NCBI GenBank assembly: GCA_041649555.1
Contig: JBAZMS010000001.1
Coordinates: 119,219 to 183,218, forward strand
Length of the DNA stretch: 64,000 nucleotides
Reading direction: 5' to 3'
Source: Candidatus Micrarchaeia archaeon
GTDB taxonomy: Archaea; Micrarchaeota; Micrarchaeia; Anstonellales; Bilamarchaeaceae
The first letter of the stretch is position 1; every line of letters starts with the position of its first letter. Below are positions 8,505-17,813 of the stretch, in pieces. Below the pieces are notes generated by a model. That model saw only the letters and a program-made list of their open reading frames with translations. It did no database searches and was not told the DNA's origin. A program made the position numbers and the translations under genes.

Positions 8505-9668
8505 TCAAACTCTTTTAAAAAATGCCTGCCTTCCATCTGAAATTACAAAAAAATCTATAACCGGAAGCTCTTTTTCTTCCATAGCTTTGATAAAAGCATC
8601 ATTCCATTCATTGTCATTGACTAGTTGCCCCAACTCTGCGATAATTGAAATTTGCGGTTTAAAAATTTGCGAACGCGATCCGTGTCCATATGCCAGATCA
8701 GAAAGTATTTTTTCCAGTTTTTGATTGGAACCAAATGGAAAAAAAGTCAATATCCTTTTTCGAACCATCACCTCTGGGTATATAAGGTTTCCAAATGGGA
8801 TGTATATTGCACCCTCTTCAGTTTCTCGAAGCATAGGCCCACTGGCAAATACCCTGGTCTTACAAATCACTCCTTCAGGAGTTGTTACGCCCCTGACAAA
8901 AGGAGCTTTGATTTCCCCTTCAATTGGTTCTCTATCCAAGATGAATGTAGCTGGAGAAAAATCTCTTGTTCTATGATACTGTAAAAAATAATTTTTATTG
9001 CCCACTGTTTTAAATTCCATTATTGGACAGTGGTTTGCGTCGAAATTTTCAAGATTTCTTATCCTTTCATAAGTTTTTATTAATCCGTCTAATCCATTTC
9101 TAAGTTCGGAAGTGAGCTTGTTTAAATAAGAAGTGAGGTATTCATGAACAATCCCATCATCAATAATTGTATAATACTTTTTTGAAAATTCCAAATTGCT
9201 ATCACAACTCATGATATGATATCTGCCTTCAATAGAAGAATCAGCAACAACTATCTGATCTACCCCGGATAAATATTCCCAAAATGAAAAAGAAACTTCT
9301 AATTCAAAGGCATCTCTATCTAAATTTAGGTACCTGCAAATATCAGTTATTCTATGCGGTATGATATTATATTCTCCAATTTCCATCATTTTTGTTTTAA
9401 AATCATCATATCCTTTCCCTACAAATGCCTCGTTATCTTTTGATAAAACAGGGCTTCTAAGCAGACCTGAAATGCCATCATATTCTTGAGGATGTTCACT
9501 TCTTGCAATTATATCTTTTCCAGATCGCATAGCATCCTCGTATGATTCAAATATCTGTGGGACTAAAATCCCACAAGACTGCGCGTATCTTGCAATCTCC
9601 AATTTGGGTTGTTTTGCAGGGTGTTTGAGATAAAAATCAGTTCTTTTAGTTTTGTGTGCATATCCCAT
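8505..9668 (-). CDS. Hypothetical protein (387 aa)
   Basis: Long ORF. No confident motif. Confidence 0.55.
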   Translation of the reverse strand: MGYAHKTKRTDFYLKHPAKQPKLEIARYAQSCGILVPQIFESYEDAMRSGKDIIARSEHPQEYDGISGLLRSPVLSKDNEAFVGKGYDDFKTKMMEIGEYNIIPHRITDICRYLNLDRDAFELEVSFSFWEYLSGVDQIVVADSSIEGRYHIMSCDSNLEFSKKYYTIIDDGIVHEYLTSYLNKLTSELRNGLDGLIKTYERIRNLENFDANHCPIMEFKTVGNKNYFLQYHRTRDFSPATFILDREPIEGEIKAPFVRGVTTPEGVICKTRVFASGPMLRETEEGAIYIPFGNLIYPEVMVRKRILTFFPFGSNQKLEKILSDLAYGHGSRSQIFKPQISIIAELGQLVNDNEWNDAFIKAMEEKELPVIDFFVISDGRQAFFKRV

Positions 9669-9769
9669 TACTTAATAGTGTTTAGATATATTAATAAATG
9701 TGCTAGTTTTTAGCTCATATTTTTTTGTATCTGCATCCTTTTTATTATTTTCTTTACTTATTATATGTT

Positions 9770-10309
9770 ATGAAAATTCAATATTATGTGTTTGGAATCC
9801 TTTTGGTGCTTCTTTTTGCAGGATGCACAAGCCCCAAAGAAATAGTCTATCTTCCGATTGTAGAGCAGACTGTTGAAAAAGAATCATTTATGTCGGAAGT
9901 TCAGATCACTGATTACGAGCAAATAGAATTATCCGGAAATTATGCAATAATAACTACTGATAATGTCCAAATAAAAAATATAATATATGAATCTATTTTC
10001 AAAAATACCAAACAAGGTTCCGAGCTATCATTTGCAGGTGCAAAATGGACTTTGCAATCCCTTGACTGTTCCAAAAAACAAATTCTCATTTCAAATTCAC
10101 AAAACTCGATAACATTATCTGAATCTGAAAAATACCACAGCAACTGGGATGTTTTATTGGAGTGCGATGAAACTTATTTGTATGGGATTAAATTATCCTC
10201 ATCAGAAAGTATAACTGCAACTTCAGGAGATATGGTGTATATTCCTGATTCATCCCCTGGGTATAAATTGCAATACTTACAAAAAGGAGAATTTAAACTT
10301 GCAAACTAA
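9770..10309 (+). CDS. Putative lipoprotein (179 aa)
   Basis: MKIQYYVFGILLVLLFAGCTSPKE is a signal peptide with lipobox LFAG|C. ATG at 9770 is preferred over the upstream alternative start at 9725. Confidence 0.6.
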   Translation: MKIQYYVFGILLVLLFAGCTSPKEIVYLPIVEQTVEKESFMSEVQITDYEQIELSGNYAIITTDNVQIKNIIYESIFKNTKQGSELSFAGAKWTLQSLDCSKKQILISNSQNSITLSESEKYHSNWDVLLECDETYLYGIKLSSSESITATSGDMVYIPDSSPGYKLQYLQKGEFKLAN

Positions 10310-10386
10310 CCTTTTCCTTTTTAAATTTTTTTATCTAATTATCTCAAGATAAACTATAAAAAGAAATTAATTTATGAGGTGTAATA

Positions 10387-12372
10387 ATGATTGATTCAAC
10401 ATTATTTGGTTTTATTTCAGGATTTTTAGTATTGCTTTATGCATTATTTCTTGCATTTAAGGTAAACAAGGCTCCAAACGGAGATATAAAAATGAATGAT
10501 ATTGCAAAAGCAATACAGGTAGGGGCAAATGCTTTTCTGAAAAGACAATATATGACAATTGTCCCAATAGTGATTATTCTTGCAGCAGTAATAGGCTATT
10601 TTATCGGATTGGATACTTCAATTTCCTTTGTTTTCGGAGTTATTCTTTCTGCACTTGCAGGCTATATCGGAATGCAGGTTTCAGTAAGGGCAAATGTCAG
10701 GGTTGCAGAAGGGGCAAAATCAGGACTTTCAAGAGCATTAGAACTTGCTTTTTCAGGAGGAGCAGTTACAGGAATGTCTCTTATAGGTCTTGGGCTTATG
10801 GGAGTTAGCTTTTTGTATTGGTATTTTGGAAGCCTGATTCCTTTAATCGGCTTTGGTTTTGGTGCATCGCTTATCTCTTTATTTGCAAGGGTTGGGGGAG
10901 GGATATACACCAAGGCAGCAGATGTTGGAGCTGACCTGGTTGGAAAAATTGAAAAAGGAATTCCAGAAGATGACCCAAGAAATCCAGCAGTAATTGCAGA
11001 TAATGTAGGGGATAATGTTGGAGACTGCGCAGGAATGGCAGCAGATGTTTTTGAATCTTTTGTTGTAACCATAATTGCAGCTATGATTATTGGTTCTTTT
11101 ACAAATAATTCCACTTTCATAGAACTTCCTTTATATATTGCATCAATTGGAGGGCTTTCAGGAATTATTGGTTCATTTTTTGTAAGGCTTGGAAAAGAAA
11201 AAAACATAATGGGTGCGTTTTATAAGGGAATTATTGCAGCCTCTATTGTAATGGCGATATCATCCTTTATTTATTTAAATTCATTATTTCCTTCTGACTA
11301 CTCACTTTTTATATCAGTGATGGTCGGAGTGGTTTTAACAGGGCTTATGTTTTTGGTAACTGAATATTATACCTCATATCAATATTCTCCGGTCAAACAG
11401 ATTGCAGAAAGCTCAAAAACAGGAGCAGGAACAAATCTAATTTCAGGTCTTGCAATTGGAATGCAGTCAACTGCGCTTCCATTAATCTTTGTAGTTTTAT
11501 CAATTGCAATCTCATATCATTTTGCCGGAATGTATGGAATCGCACTGGCAGCAGCAGCAATGCTTTCTTTGAGTGCAATTGTCATATCAGTCGATTCTTA
11601 TGGCCCGATTACAGATAATGCAGGAGGAATCGCAGAGATGTCTGGATTATCTTCAAAAGTAAGAACTATTACAGATGCTCTTGATGCAGTTGGAAATACA
11701 ACCAAGGCAACAACCAAAGGGTTTGCAATTGCAGGTGCAGCTCTTGGAGCGCTTGCATTGTTTGTTGCATTTGCAAATGATGCAGGGCTTGCAACAATTA
11801 ATCTTCTAAATCCAGCAGTAACTATCGGGCTTTTCATCGGAGCATTATTGCCGTTCCTTTTTTCAAGCTTTTTAATGACTGCAGTTGGAAAGGCGGCATT
11901 TGAAATAGTCGAGGAAGTAAGAAGACAATTTAAAACAATAAAAGGCCTTATGAGTGGAAAAGAAAAACCTGACTATGCAACATGTGTTGACATAAGCACA
12001 AAAAGTGCGCTAAGAGAACTTATCGTTCCAGGCCTTTTGGCAGTATTGACCCCATTGCTTATAGGTTATCTTCTTGGAGCAGAAGCATTGGCAGGCCTTT
12101 TGGCAGGAACAATTGCGTCCGGGTTTTTGCTTGCATTATTTATGTGCACTTCAGGTGCTGCATGGGATAATGGCAAAAAATATATTGAGCTTGGAAATTT
12201 TGGAGGCAAAGGCTCTGATGCGCACAAGGCGGCGATAGTAGGGGATACAGTTGGGGACCCGTTAAAAGATACTGCAGGGCCTGCATTAAATGCATTAATT
12301 AAGGTGGTAAATACAGTATCACTTGTATTTATTGGAGTAATTATGGCATATGGAATAACCCTTTTGGGTTAA
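10387..12372 (+). CDS. hppA: Membrane-bound H+/Na+-translocating pyrophosphatase
   Basis: Motifs GGGIYTKAADVGADLVGKIE, DPRNPAVIADNVGDNVGDCAGMAADVFES and GDTVGDPLKDTAGPALN. 661 aa, polytopic. Confidence 0.95.
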   Translation: MIDSTLFGFISGFLVLLYALFLAFKVNKAPNGDIKMNDIAKAIQVGANAFLKRQYMTIVPIVIILAAVIGYFIGLDTSISFVFGVILSALAGYIGMQVSVRANVRVAEGAKSGLSRALELAFSGGAVTGMSLIGLGLMGVSFLYWYFGSLIPLIGFGFGASLISLFARVGGGIYTKAADVGADLVGKIEKGIPEDDPRNPAVIADNVGDNVGDCAGMAADVFESFVVTIIAAMIIGSFTNNSTFIELPLYIASIGGLSGIIGSFFVRLGKEKNIMGAFYKGIIAASIVMAISSFIYLNSLFPSDYSLFISVMVGVVLTGLMFLVTEYYTSYQYSPVKQIAESSKTGAGTNLISGLAIGMQSTALPLIFVVLSIAISYHFAGMYGIALAAAAMLSLSAIVISVDSYGPITDNAGGIAEMSGLSSKVRTITDALDAVGNTTKATTKGFAIAGAALGALALFVAFANDAGLATINLLNPAVTIGLFIGALLPFLFSSFLMTAVGKAAFEIVEEVRRQFKTIKGLMSGKEKPDYATCVDISTKSALRELIVPGLLAVLTPLLIGYLLGAEALAGLLAGTIASGFLLALFMCTSGAAWDNGKKYIELGNFGGKGSDAHKAAIVGDTVGDPLKDTAGPALNALIKVVNTVSLVFIGVIMAYGITLLG

Positions 12373-12480
12373 TCTCTTTTTATTCCTAAATATTGCAGTT
12401 ATTCTCTTATGAAAATATCACTATTAATTCTCATTGCAATTATTTGTTTTTTGTAAGAGTACCTGATAGTATTACACTAA

Positions 12481-12511
12481 AATGTAACATTTATATATAC
12501 TTTGTTACATT
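12481..12511. promoter_or_regulatory. 8-bp perfect inverted repeat AATGTAAC-N15-GTTACATT bracketing a TATA-like box
   Basis: The spacer ATTTATATATACTTT contains TTTATATATA. The ATG of the downstream ATPase gene is at 12522. Confidence 0.3.
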
Positions 12512-12521
12512 AAAGGGTAAC

Positions 12522-13802
12522 ATGAAAGTAGAAAAGCTTGTGGAATGGAATCCATGGTGGGAAAGTGGAAAGGTTGATTTTGAACTGCAAGGAAAAAAAA
12601 GATCTGATTGCAGGGAATTATTATCCTCTATAGATGTAAAAGAAGTAACAATAATAACTGGAATAAGAAGATGCGGAAAAAGCACTATTATGTACCAAAT
12701 GATAAATCGCTTATTGGAAAGAGGGATAAATCCGGAAAAGATCTTATTTGTTAATTTGGAGGATAAAAAACTTTCACAAGATTCCCTGGATGATATTTAC
12801 GCTGCTTATAGAAAAGAAATAAATACTGGAGAAAAAGCATATGTTTTCCTAGATGAGATCCATAAAAGAGCAGGATGGGAATCATGGATAAGAAAAAAAT
12901 ATGACCTTAAGACGAATGATAAATTTGTTATTTCTGGGTCCTGTTCCTATTTGCTAAAAAAGGAATATTCAACCTTGCTTACCGGAAGAAATTTATCTTA
13001 TGAAGTTTTTCCGCTGGATTTTAAGGAATTTTTATCATTTAATGGTTTGGAAATCGATAATAAAAAAATTGGCAGGGGTATATTGACTGAAAAAACCAGA
13101 ATAGAAATTTTACGGTATTTTGAAAACTATTTAAATTTTGGAGGGTTTCCGGAAATATTGTTTAAACCGGAAAATTTCAAGATAAAACTGCTGTCACAAT
13201 ATTTTGATGATATTTTATATAAGGACATAGTGGATAGGCATAACCTTAACAGTGAAAAAGCAAAAGATCTTGCGCTGTTTTTTATGAACAACCTTGCAGG
13301 ATTAATGTCGTTAAGAAATATACGAAATTCACTTGGGCTATCCTATGATACTGCAAAAGATTATCTGTCCTATTTTAAGGATGCATTTCTTTTTTTTAGT
13401 GTAGATCATTTTTCATATTCATTCAAAGAACAAAAAACCCTGCCTTCTAAAATTTATACGATAGATGGCGGGCTTAGGAACTCTGTGAGCTTTAAGTTTT
13501 CAAAAGATGAGGGCAAATTAATCGAGAATCTGGTATTTGTAGAACTGAAAAGGAGGGGTTTTTATCCATATTACTGGAAAAATAAAAAGGAAGTGGATTT
13601 TATAGTTAAGGACAATAATCAAAACCTTATTGCTATAAATGTTTCATATGCTGATGAGATTGATGCGCGTGAGCTTGAAGGCCTGAAAGAATTTAAAAAA
13701 GAATTCATAAAAACCAAAAAGCTTGTGATTATTACAAAAGATGTGGAAAAAGTTGAGGAAAATATAGAATTTATTCCTATCTGGAAATGGCTTTTAGAGT
13801 AA
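12522..13802 (+). CDS. AAA-family ATPase with DUF4143 C-terminal domain
   Basis: WNPWWE N-terminus, Walker A GIRRCGKST, Walker B VFLDEIH, and a C-terminal restriction-endonuclease-like EVDFIV. Start is moved to the ATG at 12522 (MKVEKLVEWNPWW). Confidence 0.85.
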   Translation: MKVEKLVEWNPWWESGKVDFELQGKKRSDCRELLSSIDVKEVTIITGIRRCGKSTIMYQMINRLLERGINPEKILFVNLEDKKLSQDSLDDIYAAYRKEINTGEKAYVFLDEIHKRAGWESWIRKKYDLKTNDKFVISGSCSYLLKKEYSTLLTGRNLSYEVFPLDFKEFLSFNGLEIDNKKIGRGILTEKTRIEILRYFENYLNFGGFPEILFKPENFKIKLLSQYFDDILYKDIVDRHNLNSEKAKDLALFFMNNLAGLMSLRNIRNSLGLSYDTAKDYLSYFKDAFLFFSVDHFSYSFKEQKTLPSKIYTIDGGLRNSVSFKFSKDEGKLIENLVFVELKRRGFYPYYWKNKKEVDFIVKDNNQNLIAINVSYADEIDARELEGLKEFKKEFIKTKKLVIITKDVEKVEENIEFIPIWKWLLE

Positions 13803-13808
13803 TGATAT

Positions 13809-14228
13809 TTATTTAAAACCCCTTTTTATTTTATCCCAAACCGTTTCCAGATCTATTTTTTTATTCGCATCCCTGTGAAACCATAATTTTAATCCATCAT
13901 CAAAATATCTTGGAACAATGTGCATATGGTAATGGAATATAATCTGTCCGCCTGCTTTTTCGTTTGCCTGATGAATTGTAATTCCGTCAGCTTCAAATAA
14001 TTGTTTATATTTTTTTGCAAGGTTTTTTGTAACCATAGTTACATTAGCCAAATCCCCCTCAGAAATATCATATATATTCTCATAATGCTTTTTTGGAATA
14101 ACCAAAGTATGCCCAGAACTAACAGGATTTATATCCAAAAATGCCAAAACAGACTCATCCTCATAAATCCTATAACAGGGAATCTCTCCTGTTACAATTT
14201 TGCAAAATATACAATCCATAAAAATCAA
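13809..14228 (-). CDS. HIT (histidine triad) family hydrolase
   Basis: CIFCKI zinc-binding N-terminus and histidine triad FHYHMHIVPR. Confidence 0.9.
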   Translation of the reverse strand: MIFMDCIFCKIVTGEIPCYRIYEDESVLAFLDINPVSSGHTLVIPKKHYENIYDISEGDLANVTMVTKNLAKKYKQLFEADGITIHQANEKAGGQIIFHYHMHIVPRYFDDGLKLWFHRDANKKIDLETVWDKIKRGFK

Positions 14229-14324
14229 ATCCTTCGCATTTCCTGCAAATTAATGATTCTTTCCTTTTAATTTTTAAATATATCCATTTATTCATCTAAT
14301 ATCTATTAGAGAATTAGTGATTCG

Positions 14325-15443
14325 ATGATTTCTATTCCAAACATATATAAGGGCAATTACATTCTTCTTTCAATCCCTGCATTAATTTTAATACTGCTTT
14401 CAGCATATTTTATTTTTATAACGCCCCAAATAAAAATGGGAGTGGATTTTAACGGAGGAATGCTGATTTCATTATCATTAGACAATCAGGTGGACCCGGT
14501 TAGCCTTCAGGATGCATTAAAAAATGAAGGATATGATGCCTCTGTAAAAGTTTTTGATACTGCAGTAGGGCTTAAAGCTGAAATAGAAATCCCGCAGGGT
14601 GAAAACATCATTTTTGCCGATAATCTAAAGAATAATTTTGATGAATTGCTTGAAGAAACCGCATCCCTTGAGGCAATATCTGCAATGGATGAATCATATG
14701 TCCCAGAATACAAAATTAAACGGGCAGAGCTTGATAAAACTGCAAATGAGTTATTTGCAATTGCAGGAATAAGCAATGATTCAGCACAAATAGAAAATCT
14801 AAATGTTCTTCGAAAAACTTTTCTGTCAGCATACAGCAAGGTGTACAAGGATTATGAAACAACTGTCTCAAAAACAATACAGCAGTATGCATCATACTCT
14901 TCAATTTCAATTCAATCTGTAAGCCCAAGGCTTAGCACCCATTTTATTGACAGCGCAGTAAATGTAGTAATCATAGCCGCAATCTTAAGTACAGTTCTCG
15001 TATTCTTTTTTTTCAGAAACATAGTTCCAAGTTTTGCAGTAATGCTTGGAGCCTTTTGTGATATCGTTCTCGCGCTCGGTGCAATGGCATTCTTTCAAAT
15101 ACCTCTGACCCTTCCCTCATTTGCAGCGCTTTTACTATTGATAGGATATTCTCTTGATACTGATATCCTTCTTACAATGAGGATGCTAAAAAGAAAAGGG
15201 GATCCAAAAGAAAAAGCTTTTGATGCAATGAAAACAGGAATTACAATGACATTTACCGGAATAATTGCTTTTCTGGTATTATTTATATTGAGTATAATGA
15301 CAAATATACCAACCTATTATGAAATTTCAGCAGTTGCGCTTGCAGGATTGTTTGGGGATCTTTTGGCAACCTGGGGCATAAATGCAGTGATCCTGTTAAA
15401 ATATCTCGAAAAAAAGGAAAAAGATGTGAAACAGAATGGATAA
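14325..15443 (+). CDS. secF: Protein-export membrane protein SecF (archaeal)
   Basis: GVDFNGG motif and a C-terminal 6-TM bundle with IGYSLDTDILLTMRMLKRKG. Sits upstream of secD, as in archaeal secFD operons. Confidence 0.8.
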   Translation: MISIPNIYKGNYILLSIPALILILLSAYFIFITPQIKMGVDFNGGMLISLSLDNQVDPVSLQDALKNEGYDASVKVFDTAVGLKAEIEIPQGENIIFADNLKNNFDELLEETASLEAISAMDESYVPEYKIKRAELDKTANELFAIAGISNDSAQIENLNVLRKTFLSAYSKVYKDYETTVSKTIQQYASYSSISIQSVSPRLSTHFIDSAVNVVIIAAILSTVLVFFFFRNIVPSFAVMLGAFCDIVLALGAMAFFQIPLTLPSFAALLLLIGYSLDTDILLTMRMLKRKGDPKEKAFDAMKTGITMTFTGIIAFLVLFILSIMTNIPTYYEISAVALAGLFGDLLATWGINAVILLKYLEKKEKDVKQNG

Positions 15444-17118
15444 CTGGAAAAAAACAATAACCTCCAAAAAAGGAATAATACTCCTTGTTACATTCCTACT
15501 TTTTGTGCTAAGCATTTATTTTTATGGGAGGTATGCAGGCATTTTCCTTATGTTTTCCCTTCTTGTTTTCGGAGCATTATCATTTTTCTGGAAAGAACGG
15601 GAAATCAAAATCTTAACCCTCGTATGTATGGTAGTCCTTGCAGTTATTAATATAGGAATAAATCCAATGAAATTTGGAATTGATTTTAGCGGAGGAACAA
15701 GAATACCAGTAATTCTTGAGCATCCTGTTGATTCTGCAACAATGGAAGAGCTTGTCGATACAATTAAAAAAAGGGCAAGCGTTCTAGGGCTCTCAGAGGT
15801 AAAGGTTAGCGCAATAGGGGATTCTGAAATAAACATTGAAGTCCCTTCGGATAATCAGGAACAAATCTTATTTATAGAAGAGGTTCTCTCAAAACAAGGT
15901 GTTTATGAAGGAATTGTTGATGGCAAGGTTGCAATAATCGGGGAAGATATTCTTCCAGGTTCTGTTCAGCCGCTTGCAGCCCAATATCTCTCAGGCTCAG
16001 CTGATTGGGGGGTCTCATTTTCAATAACCTCAAAATCTGCAAAATACTTTTCAGAAGTGGTATACGGAAAGGCAAATTATCCATTATATATGTTTTTAGA
16101 CAGGCCAAAAAATGCAATAATAATTCTAAGCTATGATGAGCTTTCTATAACTGCGCAAAAAGAGCATTCAATTGATGATCTAGTTGATGCCTGCAACGAT
16201 GCCCTAAAACATGAAAATAATGACTTAAAATTATATCTGCTTGAAGAAATAGATATTAATTCTTCACTAGTCCCATACGATAATAAGACAAAAGCGTTAA
16301 TTTCTGAAGATTCCCCAGACTGGTTGGTAAATTATCTTTCTGAAAATGGGTTTATAATCACATTTATAAATAAAGAGGCGATCTCACCTTCATTTACCCA
16401 AGGTGCAACCCTTCCATCAATAATTGAATGGGATGGAGTAGGGCTTTTGTCTGCCCCCCGCCTTTCAAAATCAATAACAGAAGGCTCAATAAGCACATAT
16501 TACTCGATATCTGGCCCAGCGCAAGGAGAAGGCGCCCAAAAAACAAAGGATGCGCAAGAAAATGTAAAAAGAATAACCTCTGTTTTGAAAGGAGGGGCGC
16601 TTCCAGTCAAAATTACGCTTGGCTCAAAAACAGTTCTTCCACCCCAACTTGGAATGGAATTTTTAAGATTAAGTTTAATTGGAATTGCAGCCTCCCTTCT
16701 TATAATTTCAATAATGATAGGGATAAGATACATGAAGAAAAAATTAATCATTCCTGTTGTAATAATAAGCATCTCTGAACTTATAATCCTTATTTCGATA
16801 CTTGGCTCATTTACAATTGATCTTGCTGCAATGGCAGGAATAATCGCAGCAATTGGAGTAGGAGTAGATGCCCAGATAGTAATAACTGATGAGATATTAA
16901 AAAAACAAAGCATTGAATTGCAAGAAAAGCTTGAAAACGCATTTAAAATAATAAAAATTAATGTTATCGTTGCAATAGTTGCAATGCTCCCTTTATTATT
17001 TTCAGGAATGGTTGAAATAATCGGTTTTTCAATTTCTACGATACTTGGTGCCCTTCTTGGCTATCTGCTTTCAAGGCCTGCTTATGCTGCAATAGTAAGA
17101 GATATCGCAGAACACTAG
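15436..17118 (+). CDS. secD: Protein-export membrane protein SecD (archaeal)
   Basis: GIDFSGGTRI motif, a large extracytoplasmic loop, and a C-terminal TM bundle with IGVGVDAQIVITDE. Overlaps secF by 8 nt. Confidence 0.8.
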   Translation: MDNWKKTITSKKGIILLVTFLLFVLSIYFYGRYAGIFLMFSLLVFGALSFFWKEREIKILTLVCMVVLAVINIGINPMKFGIDFSGGTRIPVILEHPVDSATMEELVDTIKKRASVLGLSEVKVSAIGDSEINIEVPSDNQEQILFIEEVLSKQGVYEGIVDGKVAIIGEDILPGSVQPLAAQYLSGSADWGVSFSITSKSAKYFSEVVYGKANYPLYMFLDRPKNAIIILSYDELSITAQKEHSIDDLVDACNDALKHENNDLKLYLLEEIDINSSLVPYDNKTKALISEDSPDWLVNYLSENGFIITFINKEAISPSFTQGATLPSIIEWDGVGLLSAPRLSKSITEGSISTYYSISGPAQGEGAQKTKDAQENVKRITSVLKGGALPVKITLGSKTVLPPQLGMEFLRLSLIGIAASLLIISIMIGIRYMKKKLIIPVVIISISELIILISILGSFTIDLAAMAGIIAAIGVGVDAQIVITDEILKKQSIELQEKLENAFKIIKINVIVAIVAMLPLLFSGMVEIIGFSISTILGALLGYLLSRPAYAAIVRDIAEH

Positions 17119-17161
17119 AAAGCAAACATCCATAAAAAACTTTCTTTTCAAATTGATTTAT

Positions 17162-17812
17162 ATGGAAAAAATATTTTTTGGAGTATTCAAAAAAAACAAA
17201 TTTATCTATACCAATAATTTAATCCCCGGAAAAACAGTTTATGGAGAGCGCATTGTAAAAGAGGAAGGTATTGAATATAGGTCTTGGGATCCTTTCAGAA
17301 GCAAACTTGGGGGCGCAATAAGAAAAGGCCTTGCAAACTGGCCTTTTGAAAAAAACTCAAAAATATTATACCTTGGGGCATCTACAGGAACTACAATATC
17401 CCATTTATCCGATATATGCACGAATGGAGAGATATACTCTGTTGAAATTTCTGCGCATGTTCTTGAAAGATTGGTCATGCTCTCTGAAAAAAGGGAAAAT
17501 ATAATCCCAATAATGGCTGATGCGCGCCAGCCGCAGGAATATCTGGAAGTTGGGGAAGTAGATATCCTATATGAAGATGTTGCCCAGCCGGACCAATCAG
17601 ACATACTGCTTAAAAATGCTGGATTATTTCTAAAAAAAGGAGGGATTGCCTTTTTTGCAATAAAAAGCCAAAGTATAGATGTTTTAAAAAATCCGCAGGA
17701 AATTTACGACAAAATAATTAAAGAACTTCAGGACAAATTTGAAATTCTTGAGAAAATAAAACTTGAACCCTATGATAAGGACCACCTTTTTTTAGTATTA
17801 AAGAGGAAATAA
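17162..17812 (+). CDS. flpA: Fibrillarin-like rRNA/tRNA 2'-O-methyltransferase
   Basis: YGERIVKEEGIEYRSWDPFRSKLGGAI, SAM motif ILYLGASTGTTISHLSDI, and YEDVAQPDQ. Confidence 0.9.
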   Translation: MEKIFFGVFKKNKFIYTNNLIPGKTVYGERIVKEEGIEYRSWDPFRSKLGGAIRKGLANWPFEKNSKILYLGASTGTTISHLSDICTNGEIYSVEISAHVLERLVMLSEKRENIIPIMADARQPQEYLEVGEVDILYEDVAQPDQSDILLKNAGLFLKKGGIAFFAIKSQSIDVLKNPQEIYDKIIKELQDKFEILEKIKLEPYDKDHLFLVLKRK

Positions 17813-17813
17813 A

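Noticed and set aside
10662-11207. 181-aa minus-strand ORF, together with 11598-11837
   Set aside because: Both are antisense within the strongly conserved pyrophosphatase gene.
16428-16913. Out-of-frame and antisense ORFs within secD
   Set aside because: The secD frame has clear family motifs and the alternatives have none.
17162-17812. Fibrillarin gene not adjacent to nop5
   Set aside because: nop5 may simply lie outside the window. Absence of linkage is not informative by itself.
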